The position numbers and the translations under genes are program-made. The notes beneath the pieces are model-generated. The model was not told the origin of the DNA. It saw only the letters and a list, made by a program, of their open reading frames with translations, and did no database searches. 64,000 nucleotides of DNA from Methanobacteriota archaeon (GTDB lineage Archaea > Thermoplasmatota > Thermoplasmata > RBG-16-68-12), in contig CAMTUI010000005.1 of NCBI GenBank assembly GCA_947084985.1, positions 2,358-66,357 of the forward strand, given 5' to 3'. Shown here one piece after another: positions 45,264 through 55,496 of the stretch. Numbering within the stretch: the stretch's first letter is position 1; each line of letters begins with the position of its first letter.

Positions 45264-46682
45264 ATGACCGAGTACCGGGTAGAGAAGGACTTCCTGGGCG
45301 AACTGAAGGTCCCGAATGATGCCTACTGGGGCGTCCAGACGCAGCGCGCGATCGAAAACTTCCCGATCAGCGGCATCCGATTCGGACGGCGGTTCATCTA
45401 CGCCCTCGGTCTCATCAAGATGGCGGCCGCTCAGACGAACGTGGAGCTCGGACTCTTGGATTCGAAGCTCGGCAAAGCGATCGTCCAGGCCGCGCAGGAA
45501 GTCATGGACGGCAAGCTGGATGATCAGTTCCCGCTCGACGTCTTCCAGACGGGGAGCGGCACTTCGACGAACATGAACGCGAACGAGGTCATCGCGAACC
45601 GAGCGAATGAGATCCTCGGATCTAAGCTCGGGGAGAAAGGCCCCGTCCATCCGAACGACCACGTGAACATGGGCCAATCCTCGAACGACGTCATCCCGAC
45701 GGCGATCCACGTCGCCGCACTCCTTGCAATCGACCAGGACCTTCTTCCCGCCTTGCGAGAGCTCGAGGAGAGCCTGGCGAAGAAGGCGAAGGAGTTCGAC
45801 CCGATCGTCAAGGCGGGCCGCACGCACCTCATGGACGCTACCCCGATCCGCCTGGGCCAGGAGTTCTCCGGATACCAGTCCCAGATCGACCACGGGATCC
45901 GTCGCATCTCCGGAGCCCGTGCGGCTCTCGCGGAGCTCGCGATTGGCGGCACCGCGGTCGGGACCGGCATCAACGCGCATCCGGACCTGCCCGGCCGGGT
46001 CGTCGAGAAGATCAGCACCGCGACGAACACGAAGTTCCGCGTGGCGGAAAACCACTTCGAGGCCCAGGCGGCCCAAGACGCCCTCGTGGAGATGAGCGGG
46101 GCCATCCGCACCGTGGCCGTGTCAATGCTCAAGATCGCAAACGACCTCCGGTGGCTGGGTTCCGGGCCGCACACGGGGCTGCGGGAGATCAACCTGCCCG
46201 CCGTGCAACCCGGATCGTCGATCATGCCGGGCAAGGTGAACCCCGTCATCCCGGAGGCGGTCATGCAGGTCGCCGTGACGGTCATCGGGAACGACGTGGC
46301 GATTGCGGTCGCGAACGGCCACTCGAACCTCGACCTGTGCACGATGATGCCCGTGATGTCCCAACGCCTCCAGCAGAACACGGAGCTCCTGGCGAACGTC
46401 GCGAGGGTGTTCGCCCACAAGTGCGTCGACGGGATCTCGGCGAACGTGGACGTCCTCCTCAAGCACGCGGAGTCGAGCCCCGCCATCGCGACGAAGCTCA
46501 ACCCGATCATCGGGTACGAGAAGGCCGCGGAAATCGCGAAGGAGGCGGGGCGGACCGGGAAGTCCGTGAAGCAGCTCGTCATCGAGAAGGGACTCCTCTC
46601 GCCCGAGGAAGCGGAAAAGGTATTGGACCCGAGAGGGCTCACGTCCCCGAGCAAGGACTTGCTCGGGAGCGGGGGCGGGTGA
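45264..46682 (+). CDS. fumC: Class II fumarate hydratase
   Basis: QTGSGTSTNMN, HPNDHVN, GRTHLMDA, GSSIMPGKVNP. Confidence 0.93.
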   Translation: MTEYRVEKDFLGELKVPNDAYWGVQTQRAIENFPISGIRFGRRFIYALGLIKMAAAQTNVELGLLDSKLGKAIVQAAQEVMDGKLDDQFPLDVFQTGSGTSTNMNANEVIANRANEILGSKLGEKGPVHPNDHVNMGQSSNDVIPTAIHVAALLAIDQDLLPALRELEESLAKKAKEFDPIVKAGRTHLMDATPIRLGQEFSGYQSQIDHGIRRISGARAALAELAIGGTAVGTGINAHPDLPGRVVEKISTATNTKFRVAENHFEAQAAQDALVEMSGAIRTVAVSMLKIANDLRWLGSGPHTGLREINLPAVQPGSSIMPGKVNPVIPEAVMQVAVTVIGNDVAIAVANGHSNLDLCTMMPVMSQRLQQNTELLANVARVFAHKCVDGISANVDVLLKHAESSPAIATKLNPIIGYEKAAEIAKEAGRTGKSVKQLVIEKGLLSPEEAEKVLDPRGLTSPSKDLLGSGGG

Positions 46683-46693
46683 CGTACCGGCGC

Positions 46694-47095
46694 GTGAAGG
46701 AACCGAGAAGCGTCGTGGTGATTTTCAAGACGCATCTGCGGCACGGGGCGGACGAGACTGCATACGAGACCGCGTCGCGCCGGATGCACGCTCTCGTCGA
46801 AGAGATCCCCGGTTTCATTTCAATCAAGGCGTACACCGGGGACGATAGCGAGCAGATCGACATCGTTCGGTTCGAATCCGAAGCGGCCCTGGTGGCCTGG
46901 AGGACCCAGCCGGAGCACCGCGCCGTGCAGGAGCGGGGTCGGAAGGAATTCTACGATTACTACCACGTCGAGGCATGCAAGGTCTTCCGGGAGTATGAGT
47001 TCCGACTCGATTCGGAGGGGATGCGCCCGGGCGAGTCGAAGGTCATGGCGAGCCGCGGGCGCGGAGGTCGTAGCCGAACGCGCGGTCCGCGCTGA
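46694..47095 (+). CDS. Antibiotic biosynthesis monooxygenase (ABM) family protein
   Basis: PGFIS, W...PEH...QERGR..FY..Y. Confidence 0.78.
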   Translation: MKEPRSVVVIFKTHLRHGADETAYETASRRMHALVEEIPGFISIKAYTGDDSEQIDIVRFESEAALVAWRTQPEHRAVQERGRKEFYDYYHVEACKVFREYEFRLDSEGMRPGESKVMASRGRGGRSRTRGPR

Positions 47096-47462
47096 TGTGA
47101 CCGGTCCAGCCGAGAAGCGGCCATGGGATCCCACCGGCAAAAAGGGCCTACAGGCCGAAGACCGGGGCCCAGACGAGGAACGTGTGGAAGACGTTGTACA
47201 AAGACGGCCCCCAGCCCGGCCACGACGTGCCGCCCCGCATCGCGAGGCCGATCGGCAGGAATGAAGCCAGGTCTGGCCGAAGGATCCAGAAAAGCGTGGC
47301 GAGAACGTCGAGGTCGCCCACGACGATAAGGCGCCAGTAAGAGAGGAGGACCGCGAGGGCCAGGGTGAGGACCGCCATCTCGGCCCGGTATGGCCATGCG
47401 CTGAGCTTCAGGAACGCCGGTCCCCAGGGTGGTGGTTTCACGTCCTTGGTTGGGGAGTCCAA
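47043..47462 (-). pseudogene. DUF4260-like membrane protein with internal TAG at 47148-47150
   Basis: PDL, YN..HT before the TAG; the same frame continues W.GHI.ADRAFGY.L to TGA at 47043. Confidence 0.6.
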
Positions 47463-47504
47463 GGGCTCCTCGAGGCGTGCCGAATGCGGACACCGCGAGC
47501 CCGA

Positions 47505-49001
47505 TCAGCCGCCGACGAGCTTCTCCGTATCAATCTGCGCCTTCTGCAATCGACCCGAGTAGTCCACGTACACGGTCTTCCAGGACGTGAACTCGTCCAG
47601 GGCGGTCGTCCCCGCTTCCCTCGTATCCGTCGGACCCGTCTCCTTCGTGCCGCCGAACGGCAACTGGACCTCCGCCCCGATCGTCGGCGCATTCACGTAC
47701 GTGATGCCCGCCTCGAGGTCGTGCATCGCCCGGAAGGACCACCGAAGATCGTTCGTGTAGATGGAGGAACTGAGGCCGTACTTCACAGAATTCGCAATCG
47801 CCACCGCGTCCTCGTAGTCCTTCGCCTTCAGGACGCTGAGCACGGGCCCGAAGATCTCTTCGAGGGCGAGCCGCGCCTTCCGGTCCACCGCGAACGCCGT
47901 GGGCTGGACGAAGAACCCGTTGTCGTACGCGCCGCCTTTGAGCCGCTCGCCTCCGACCAGGAGCTTGTCCCCTTCCTTCTTCCCGACCCCGATGTATTCA
48001 AGGGTCTTCTTCTCCTGATCCGGGGAGGCGACAGGGCCCATGTCGACCTTCTCGTCGAGAGGGTCGCCGACCTTCAGCTTCTCCGCACGCTCCACGAGCT
48101 CGTCGACCACCTGATCGTAGATCTTCCGGTGAACGATGAGCCGCGAGGTCGCCGTGCACCTCTGTCCTGCGGTACCGAAGGCCCCGAACATCACGCCGTC
48201 CATGAGCAGATCGATGTTCGCGTCGTCCATCGCGATGATCGCGTTCTTCCCGCCGAGCTCGAGACCGACCTTGATCATCTTCTTCGCCGCGCTCTCATAC
48301 ACGTAGCGGCCCGTCTCGACGCCGCCCGTGAAGGAGACCGCGCGGATGTCCGGATGCTGGATGATCCCGTCACCCACGACAGATCCGCTCCCGGTTAACA
48401 TGTTAACCACGCCTGTCGGGAATCCGGCTTCATCGAGGACCTCAACGAACTTCGCGGCACAGAGGGGCGTGAGGCTCGACGGCTTGAGGACGAACGAGCA
48501 GCCGGCGACTAGCGCGGCACCGCTCTTCCATCCGGGAATCGCCATCGGGAAGTTCCATGGGGTGATGAGCCCGACGGGGCCGACGGGAAGGCGGACCGTA
48601 AGGCACATCTTGTTCGGTAACTCGGACGGCACTGTCTCCCCGAACATCCGTCGTCCTTCGCCCGCCGCGTATTCGTAGAAATCGATGACCTCCTGGACAT
48701 CGCCGCGGCCTTCCGCGATGATCTTTCCCATCTCCTTCGTCACGATGCGCGCGAGGTCCTCCTTCTTGCGCTTGAAGATCCGGGCGGCCTGGAGGAGCAG
48801 TTCGCCGCGCCGCGGGGCGGGCGTCTTCTTCCACTTCTCGAAGGCGGCCTTCGCGGCCTTGACCGCCTCATTCACCTCGGCCTTCGTTGCGTTCGGGAAC
48901 GTCGCGAGGACCTCTCCCGTCGCAGGGTTGCGGGTCTCGAACCGCTTACCTTCCGATTTCCTCCATTTTCCGCCGATGAAGAGGCCGAATTCCTGGACCA
49001 T
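47505..49001 (-). CDS. Aldehyde dehydrogenase
   Basis: ITPWNFP, FTGG, LELGGKN, GQRCTA, EEIFGPV, PFGG. Confidence 0.95.
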   Translation of the reverse strand: MVQEFGLFIGGKWRKSEGKRFETRNPATGEVLATFPNATKAEVNEAVKAAKAAFEKWKKTPAPRRGELLLQAARIFKRKKEDLARIVTKEMGKIIAEGRGDVQEVIDFYEYAAGEGRRMFGETVPSELPNKMCLTVRLPVGPVGLITPWNFPMAIPGWKSGAALVAGCSFVLKPSSLTPLCAAKFVEVLDEAGFPTGVVNMLTGSGSVVGDGIIQHPDIRAVSFTGGVETGRYVYESAAKKMIKVGLELGGKNAIIAMDDANIDLLMDGVMFGAFGTAGQRCTATSRLIVHRKIYDQVVDELVERAEKLKVGDPLDEKVDMGPVASPDQEKKTLEYIGVGKKEGDKLLVGGERLKGGAYDNGFFVQPTAFAVDRKARLALEEIFGPVLSVLKAKDYEDAVAIANSVKYGLSSSIYTNDLRWSFRAMHDLEAGITYVNAPTIGAEVQLPFGGTKETGPTDTREAGTTALDEFTSWKTVYVDYSGRLQKAQIDTEKLVGG

Positions 49002-49031
49002 CGTCCTTGCCCCGCCGGACAGAAGGTGAGG

Positions 49032-50345
49032 CTAGGCTATGACCTTATCGCGGGAGCCGTGTCCGCTCTCGAGGAGTCCGCGTGAGATGATCTGGTCCGC
49101 GGCCTGTCGGAGATCGTCTGTCACGACGTCGGGCGACCACACGCGGGCCTCGCGCTCGAACCGGCGCCGCCAGGGCTTCGGCCCGACCCATGCGACCCGG
49201 CAGCCGAACGCACGGCCCGTTTCGAGGTCCAGGACCTTGTCCCCCACCATCCAGGCGGTCCGTGGCCTCGCGCCGAGGTCCCGCGCTGCGGCGAGAAGCA
49301 TCCCGGGACGCGGCTTGCGGCACGCGCAGTCCGAGAGGACGTGATGGGGGCAGTAGTAGACCTCCGCCACGCGGACGCCTTCCTTCCGCAAGGTGGAAAG
49401 CATCCTGTCATGGATTCGAGCGAGCTGCCTCTCCGGGATGAGCTTCCATCCCGCGGCATCCTGGTTCGTCACGATCGCGAGCCGCCATCCGTGGGCCCGA
49501 AGGCAGCGCATCCCGTCGATCGCGCCGGGGAGGAACTCGAAGTGGTCCGGCGTGCGTACGTATCCGGGTCGGCCGCGGTTGATCACGCCATCCCGATCGA
49601 GGAAGACCGTCGGTTGGACGCTCGACTTCCCGCCGTCCGCGATGCGATGCCGCTTCACGCGCAGCGCGCGGCGCGCCTCCGGGGACTGCAGGAAGAAATC
49701 GACAAGGCTCCACTTCGCGAACGGATTGCGCGTTAGGGTGAGGGCTTTGTCCACGGTGAACCAGCGTGCGTCCTCGATCTCGTCCGGCTTGAGCCGGAAC
49801 GCCTCGGAGGTCACGTGGCCCCTGTACACGAATCCCAGGGTGTACGCCGGCTTGCCGGGGAACCCGGAGACGTACACGTTGAGCAGGCCATCGAGGACGA
49901 TGTCCACGCCGATTTCCTCCTCCGCCTCCCGCTCCACTCCGGCCTCGGGACCCTCGCCATAGTCCATGAAGCCGCCGGGGACGTTCCAATGGCCCTTCGA
50001 GAAGCCGCGGACCGCCTTGACCATGAGGACCCGCGGCCCTTTCGAGAGGATGACCTCGGATACGCAGCGGACCATCGAGGTGTAAATCGCTCGCTTGACG
50101 AGCGGGTCGACGTCCGCTCGTTCGAAGATCGCATCCCGGCCGAGCCATTCCTCCGGATGGTGCGAGAGGACCGGCTTGCGCTTCAAGACACGATCCGCGC
50201 CGAGGTCCATCCGCCCGTTGTTCGTCGTGCGGAACGGGAGGCGCTCGCCGGCCCGGGGAAACCGCAGCTTCCCGCGGTCGCGGACCAGGTACACCTGTCC
50301 ATCCGTCTCGACATAGACGTGCTCGCGGCTCGGCTTGCGGGCCAT
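49032..50345 (-). CDS. NUDIX hydrolase fused to HAD-IIIA (GmhB/HisB-like) phosphatase
   Basis: PGG...GE.......REAEEEIG; FLDRDGVIN, TNQ, C.H...C.CRKP.PGM, GDK..D. Confidence 0.88.
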   Translation of the reverse strand: MARKPSREHVYVETDGQVYLVRDRGKLRFPRAGERLPFRTTNNGRMDLGADRVLKRKPVLSHHPEEWLGRDAIFERADVDPLVKRAIYTSMVRCVSEVILSKGPRVLMVKAVRGFSKGHWNVPGGFMDYGEGPEAGVEREAEEEIGVDIVLDGLLNVYVSGFPGKPAYTLGFVYRGHVTSEAFRLKPDEIEDARWFTVDKALTLTRNPFAKWSLVDFFLQSPEARRALRVKRHRIADGGKSSVQPTVFLDRDGVINRGRPGYVRTPDHFEFLPGAIDGMRCLRAHGWRLAIVTNQDAAGWKLIPERQLARIHDRMLSTLRKEGVRVAEVYYCPHHVLSDCACRKPRPGMLLAAARDLGARPRTAWMVGDKVLDLETGRAFGCRVAWVGPKPWRRRFEREARVWSPDVVTDDLRQAADQIISRGLLESGHGSRDKVIA

Positions 50346-50416
50346 GCGTCCTCAAGATGTCCGTGCATCGTATTAATTCCCTGCGGGGCGGGAGGCTCGG
50401 TCCCTCTGGGCCGGAC

Positions 50417-51064
50417 TCACTCACGGACCTTGAGGGCCACGGACACCCCGTCCCGCAACGGGACGATCGCCGCGACCATCCGTGGATCTCTCGCGAGCCG
50501 CTCGTTATACGTCCGGACGGCCTGCGTCTCCCGAGACCGATCCAGCCGCGCGACGTCCCCGTGCCACAAGACGTTGTCCGTCACGAGGAGCCCGCCGACC
50601 CGGAGGCGCTCGATGCACGGCTCCAGGACCTCCGGATAGCCCTCCTTGTCGATGTCGTTGAAGATGTAGTCGAACGGCCCCTTCAGATCGCCCAGGACGT
50701 CTTGAGCGATGCCGACGAGAATCGTCACGCGACTTGCCACGCCGGTCCTCTCGAAGTTCTTCCGCGCGGTCTCCGCGGTCTCCGGGTCCCCTTCCACGGT
50801 GACGAGTTCGCCCTTCTCGGGAAGGGCCCGTGCGAGCCAGGTGCCGGAATACCCGATCGCCGTCCCGAGTTCGAGGATCCGACGCGCCTGGATCCCCCTT
50901 GCGAGAATGTGCAGGAGACTCCCCTCCGCGGCGCCCACGATCGGCCAGCCTTCCGCGTGCCCCTGGCGTTCCACCGCCTGGAGTGCGTCATCCCCTCGCG
51001 CCGCGAGGCCATCGATGTACTCGTCGATCTCATCGTAGACAATCCCGCGTCTCGTTCCGGGCAT
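50417..51064 (-). CDS. O-methyltransferase (Methyltransf_3)
   Basis: ILELGTAIGYS, FNDIDK..Y, GGLLV.DN.LW, P.RDG. Confidence 0.9.
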   Translation of the reverse strand: MPGTRRGIVYDEIDEYIDGLAARGDDALQAVERQGHAEGWPIVGAAEGSLLHILARGIQARRILELGTAIGYSGTWLARALPEKGELVTVEGDPETAETARKNFERTGVASRVTILVGIAQDVLGDLKGPFDYIFNDIDKEGYPEVLEPCIERLRVGGLLVTDNVLWHGDVARLDRSRETQAVRTYNERLARDPRMVAAIVPLRDGVSVALKVRE

Positions 51065-51171
51065 CCGCCGCACCGCCCCGCCGACGGGCGTGGTCCATCA
51101 AGAACCTTCTCCCGCGGTCCTTGACAAACGCTTAAGACACGGGTCGGCCGATCAGGCATGCGGGATGGGCC

Positions 51172-51312
51172 ATGTGCAAGCTCACGAAGACGGACAGCGC
51201 CGTGCTCTCGATGTTCCTCGAGACGCAATACGTGAACGAAATCATGGAGCGCGGCTGCGCCGTGCTACCGAATCTCGACGTGCCGGCGCGAACGCCCAGG
51301 CTCACTCGTTGA
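51172..51312 (+). CDS. Putative 46-aa small protein (below ORF-track cutoff)
   Basis: MCKLTKTDSAVLSMFLETQYVNEIMERGCAVLPNLDVPARTPRLTR, GC-rich third positions, CTTAAG box about 40 nt upstream. Confidence 0.4.
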   Translation: MCKLTKTDSAVLSMFLETQYVNEIMERGCAVLPNLDVPARTPRLTR

Positions 51313-51577
51313 CAGGGACCTGACCGGGCGCGCGGACGACGCCATCGAGCTCGTCCGCCCGGCGTTCCCATTCCGCGGCCTTCTCGTAGAGGATTTTTGC
51401 GTGATCCTCGAGCTTGTTTGCCTTCACGCGTGCCTTCGCGGCCTTGTGCCTCAGCTTCGCGGCCTTCGCCCGATCTCGCAGCTCGTGCTCGGGGGGGCGT
51501 GCTGTGGCGGATCGGTGGAACACGGGCCGCTCCGTCGGGGGCGGGGGCGGCGGGACGCTGTCGTCGCCAGGCTCCAT
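51302..51577 (-). CDS. Small basic coiled-coil hypothetical protein
   Basis: Pro-rich N-terminus, KAAK heptad-like repeats. Confidence 0.6.
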   Translation of the reverse strand: MEPGDDSVPPPPPPTERPVFHRSATARPPEHELRDRAKAAKLRHKAAKARVKANKLEDHAKILYEKAAEWERRADELDGVVRAPGQVPVNE

Positions 51578-51869
51578 GCTTGACGGAACCGCCTATTGCG
51601 GCAATAAGTGTTGTGCACGAACCTCGCAGAGTCCGTGCCCAGGTCAATTACGAACGGATTCGGCTGAACCGCAAGGCGCCGAACCACGCGTCCAATGTGG
51701 CGACGGCGATGAGCGCCCGACTAGGACAGCAAGGAAAGCCAGAGATCGGACCAAAAAGGCAGCGAAGCCCTACGTGGATGGCAGGAGGGGGGACAGTAGG
51801 AGGAAGGGATAGCCGATCATCGGGGGAGCCCGGAAGTGGAAAATACCCTGCTGACCATCGTTCCGCGTC

Positions 51870-53201
51870 ATGAAGGTCTACGTGGAGGCCCACGGCTGCA
51901 CCCAGAGCTACGGCGAGGCGCGGCTCATGCAGGAGGCCCTCGCGGGGAACGGTTGTACGATTACGCCATCCGAGGGCGACGCGGACGCCCACGTGCTGGT
52001 GACGTGCACCGTAATCGAGACGACGGAACGGAGAATGGTCCGACGGATGACGGAGCTCGCGGCGCACGATAAGCCCCTCGTCGTCGCGGGATGCATGGCC
52101 GCCGCCCAGCGCGAGCGGGTGCTCGCGGTCGTCCCGCGAGCGAAGCTCCTCCCCCCTCGCAAGTGGCCACAGATCGTTGAACTCCTCGGCGCGGGAACGG
52201 TATGCGGGGATCGTGCGGCGGAAGTCGAATCCCAGAGCTTCGGGTGGCATGACGCGATCGTGCCGATCGCCCAGGGGTGTGCGGGCCGCTGCACGTATTG
52301 CATCACCCGCGTGGCACGAGGTCGAGTCTCATCGTATTCGATCGATGGGATCGTGAACGAGATCCGGCGGAATGTGGAGCGCGGCGCGCGGGAGATCAAG
52401 TTGACCGGACAAGACACCGCGGCATTCGGCCTCGACTCGGGGACGAACCTCGCGGACCTCTTGAGGGCCGTCGATGCAATCCCCCGCACGTTCCGCGTGC
52501 GGGTGGGGATGGCAGATCCTCTGACCGTGTATCCGATCCTCGACGATCTCGTGAACGCGTATTCGTCCGAGAAGGTGTTCAAGTTCCTCCACCTGCCTGT
52601 CCAGAGCGGAGATGACGCCATCCTCGAGGCGATGCGGCGGGAGTACACCGCGGCCCAGTTTGAGGAGATTGTGGTGGCGTTTCGGCGGGCATATCCGGAT
52701 CTCAGTCTGTCGACGGACATCATCGTCGGATTCCCCCGGGAGACCGAGGAACAGTTCGACGCGACGATGGACCTCGTTCGCCGGGTCCGTCCGGACATCG
52801 TGAACGTAACGAGGTTCTCGCCGCGCAGCGGCACGCCGGCATCATCCCTTCCGAATCAGATCGTCGGATGGCGGGTGAAGGAGCGATCGCGGTCGCTGAC
52901 GGCGCTGCGGTTTCGCTTGGCACGGGAGAACAACGAGCGGTTCGTCGGTCACGATGTGGACGTGCTCGTCACGGAATCCGGCAAAGCCGCAACGATGGTC
53001 GCGCGGACGCCGGAGTATCGTCAGGTCGTCCTGGGCGAACACGTCCCGCTGGGTGATTTCGTCCGCGTGCGGATCCATGGAGCGCGGGCGACAGACCTCC
53101 TGGGGCACCTCGTGTCGCCCCAGTCCGCAGCCGTCCGCGAATCCTACGACGAGGGGCTTTATACAGCCGCAGGGATGCACGCGCACAGCCCCGTGGTGTA
53201 G
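51870..53201 (+). CDS. tRNA t6A methylthiotransferase (MiaB-like/MtaB)
   Basis: UPF0004 HGC..TC.V..GC, radical SAM C...C..C, HLPVQSG, TRAM domain. Confidence 0.9.
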   Translation: MKVYVEAHGCTQSYGEARLMQEALAGNGCTITPSEGDADAHVLVTCTVIETTERRMVRRMTELAAHDKPLVVAGCMAAAQRERVLAVVPRAKLLPPRKWPQIVELLGAGTVCGDRAAEVESQSFGWHDAIVPIAQGCAGRCTYCITRVARGRVSSYSIDGIVNEIRRNVERGAREIKLTGQDTAAFGLDSGTNLADLLRAVDAIPRTFRVRVGMADPLTVYPILDDLVNAYSSEKVFKFLHLPVQSGDDAILEAMRREYTAAQFEEIVVAFRRAYPDLSLSTDIIVGFPRETEEQFDATMDLVRRVRPDIVNVTRFSPRSGTPASSLPNQIVGWRVKERSRSLTALRFRLARENNERFVGHDVDVLVTESGKAATMVARTPEYRQVVLGEHVPLGDFVRVRIHGARATDLLGHLVSPQSAAVRESYDEGLYTAAGMHAHSPVV

Positions 53202-53259
53202 CGGTCAAGCATTCGGGTCTTTGGAACCCGCGACGGCAGTTCGAATCTGCCCGGGGCTA
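53187..53259 (+). tRNA. tRNA-Gln(TTG)
   Basis: AGCCCCG/CGGGGCT acceptor, CGGGT-CTTTGGA-ACCCG anticodon arm, GTTCGAATC; TTTATA box at about 53158. Confidence 0.95.
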
Positions 53260-53263
53260 TCCT

Positions 53264-53521
53264 ATGAAATGCCGCACGCGCGTACAGCTCTCCTTCGACG
53301 ACGCGGAGACGGCGAAGGCCATCGCCGCGGCCATCTCCCTGGACGATGGGGCCTACATCCGGACGACGAGACGAGGCCGCACGATTTCCGCAGAGGCGAC
53401 GGCGGATGCGCCTCTCAGTCTCCTGCACACGCTCGATGATTATCTCGCATGCGTCAGCGTGGCGGAGCGGACGACGCAGGCGGCACGCCCTCGCGCACGC
53501 GGGCGGCGACGCCGCGCTTGA
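53264..53521 (+). CDS. pcc1: KEOPS complex subunit Pcc1
   Basis: Small alpha/beta protein with SL.HTLDDYL.C..VAE. Confidence 0.75.
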   Translation: MKCRTRVQLSFDDAETAKAIAAAISLDDGAYIRTTRRGRTISAEATADAPLSLLHTLDDYLACVSVAERTTQAARPRARGRRRRA

Positions 53522-55409
53522 AGGACAGCATCTCGCGGCGGGTCATGAGGACCTGCGCGACGGCGCACAGGTCGTCGTCCGGCGAGACAACGAGGGCCTC
53601 GTCCCCGACACGAAGCTCCGGGTCCGCATCCCGCACGAACTTCGCGAAGACGTTCTTGCCCTCCCGGTGGAAGGGCACCGCGTCCGGATCGACGACGATG
53701 CGGAGGTTCGGCGGGCCGAAGGCCCGCTGCAAGTGGCGAGCCCCCGGGGCCTTCAGCGTGAAGAATCCGTCCTCGGCCCGCAACGAGAGGATGTGCTCCC
53801 CGCTGACGAGGACGTTCCGCACCTTGCCCGTGTTCTTCGAGACCACGTACGTCACATCGCCCCGGAGCAGGGCGTCCGCCGCTCCGCGTCCGAACTGGAA
53901 GTCCACGGTGGCGCGGACTCGCAGCTTGTTCCAGTCCACTGTGCGGTGTCCCGGCGCCCGCTCGCGCAGCTCGTCGATCGTCGACGGACCTTCCCACAGC
54001 CGGCCAAACGGGTATCCGGCACCTGCGGCCCACTCGATGAAGAACGCGTGGGCCGCCTCCAGCGCCTCAGGATCGAAGGCGTCCGGGACGACGCACTGCG
54101 ACATCGGCCACACATGATCGAGCTCGAGGGGCAACGCACCCCACACGGACCGCACGGCGACGTGCACGTCTGCGTTGTCGAGCACACGCCTCACGAGACT
54201 GGCGTACCGCTCGCTGAACGGACGGTCGCCCTCGGGCAGGACGACCAGGCCCTTCGCGGGCGGTGCTGCGTACCGTTCGCGCACCCGCTTCCGGAAGCGA
54301 TGGAGGACCGGACGATGCGCGGTCTCCGGGCCGACGTAGTACATTGCACCTCGGCGAGAGAGGGGCTCGGCTTCCTCGAGGAAATCGCTGTGGCGGCGGA
54401 GTTCACGGAGCGCGTCGAGGAGAGCCGGGTGGCCGCGGGCCCTCCGCTCGACGAGCTCCCAGAGGTCCCCATCCGCGATCGCGCGGCGGACCTCGCGGAT
54501 TGCGCCGAAGCAGCCGTACAGATTGTGCTCTGCCAGCAACGTCTCGTTGCCCGCAATCTCCTGGATCGGATGAGAGATGCAGACAGGGCACAGACAGCCA
54601 CTCTCGCGCAGCTCCTTCGCATGCCGGGTCCCGTCGGGAAAGAGCATCCGGCCGTCGCGGGCATACTTCGCATACGACGCGGAGTCGAAGAGGTCACAAC
54701 CGAGAAGGGCGGCCAGAGGGAAGAGCAGCGGATGGCCCGCGCCGAAGAGATGGACGGGCTTCGACGGATCGAGGCCCTTCTTTGCTGCGATGATCACGCG
54801 GACGAGATCCCGGAAACGGTACGACTCGAGGAGGGGCACCACACCGCCGATCGCGCACACGGCGACGCCGCAGGAGGAGACTTCCCGCGCACAGCGCTCG
54901 CGCAGGTCCTCGTGGAGGCCTCCCTGGACCGCGCCGACGAGAGCCATGTCTCCCCGAAGGGCGTCCGCCTCCTTCGCGCGACGGATCGTCTCCTCGACGT
55001 CGGATGCGGCGCGGGCATGGTCGTGGCCCGGCTCGGAGAAGATGTCGAGCATCGTCCCGAGGTCCACGCCGATTCCCTTCTGGAATTCGATGACGTCCGC
55101 GTTCGTAATCTCGACCGTGCCGTAGACGTGGGACTGGAACGCGCCGGAGTCCGTCATCACGGCTCCCGGGAAGTCAAGGAACCGGTGGATGCCTTTGCGC
55201 AGCACCTCGTCCCGCATCTCGCCTTTTCCGAGGATGTACGCGTTCGTCATGAGGATCTCTGCGCCGAACCGGGTCGCGAGGTCCTTCGGCGAGACGACGG
55301 GCCGATTCGGGTTAACAACGGGGAGCAGCGCCGGAGTGGCCACTCGGCCGTGGCCCGTCTCCAGCACGCCAATCCTACCTAGCCCGTCGCGCTCGACGAC
55401 CTCGAACAC
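53454..55409 (-). CDS. tgtA: Archaeosine tRNA-guanine(15) transglycosylase
   Basis: TPALLPVVNP, MTDSGAFQ, HLFGAGHP, DLFDSA.Y, C.C..C, C-terminal PUA domain. Confidence 0.93.
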   Translation of the reverse strand: MFEVVERDGLGRIGVLETGHGRVATPALLPVVNPNRPVVSPKDLATRFGAEILMTNAYILGKGEMRDEVLRKGIHRFLDFPGAVMTDSGAFQSHVYGTVEITNADVIEFQKGIGVDLGTMLDIFSEPGHDHARAASDVEETIRRAKEADALRGDMALVGAVQGGLHEDLRERCAREVSSCGVAVCAIGGVVPLLESYRFRDLVRVIIAAKKGLDPSKPVHLFGAGHPLLFPLAALLGCDLFDSASYAKYARDGRMLFPDGTRHAKELRESGCLCPVCISHPIQEIAGNETLLAEHNLYGCFGAIREVRRAIADGDLWELVERRARGHPALLDALRELRRHSDFLEEAEPLSRRGAMYYVGPETAHRPVLHRFRKRVRERYAAPPAKGLVVLPEGDRPFSERYASLVRRVLDNADVHVAVRSVWGALPLELDHVWPMSQCVVPDAFDPEALEAAHAFFIEWAAGAGYPFGRLWEGPSTIDELRERAPGHRTVDWNKLRVRATVDFQFGRGAADALLRGDVTYVVSKNTGKVRNVLVSGEHILSLRAEDGFFTLKAPGARHLQRAFGPPNLRIVVDPDAVPFHREGKNVFAKFVRDADPELRVGDEALVVSPDDDLCAVAQVLMTRREMLSFKRGVAARVREGVPPASSAPPR

Positions 55410-55496
55410 GCGCGGCCATCGGACCGTCGCGGTTAAGGATTTTGCGCGTTCGCCCACCTCCCCCAAAGCTCTTTTTCCCGGAGATCTGCTCCCCGG

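Noticed and set aside
51648-51820. Purine-rich gap as an ncRNA
   Set aside because: The minus strand reads like a decayed hydrophobic ORF with a stop and a frameshift; no convincing structure, too weak to call
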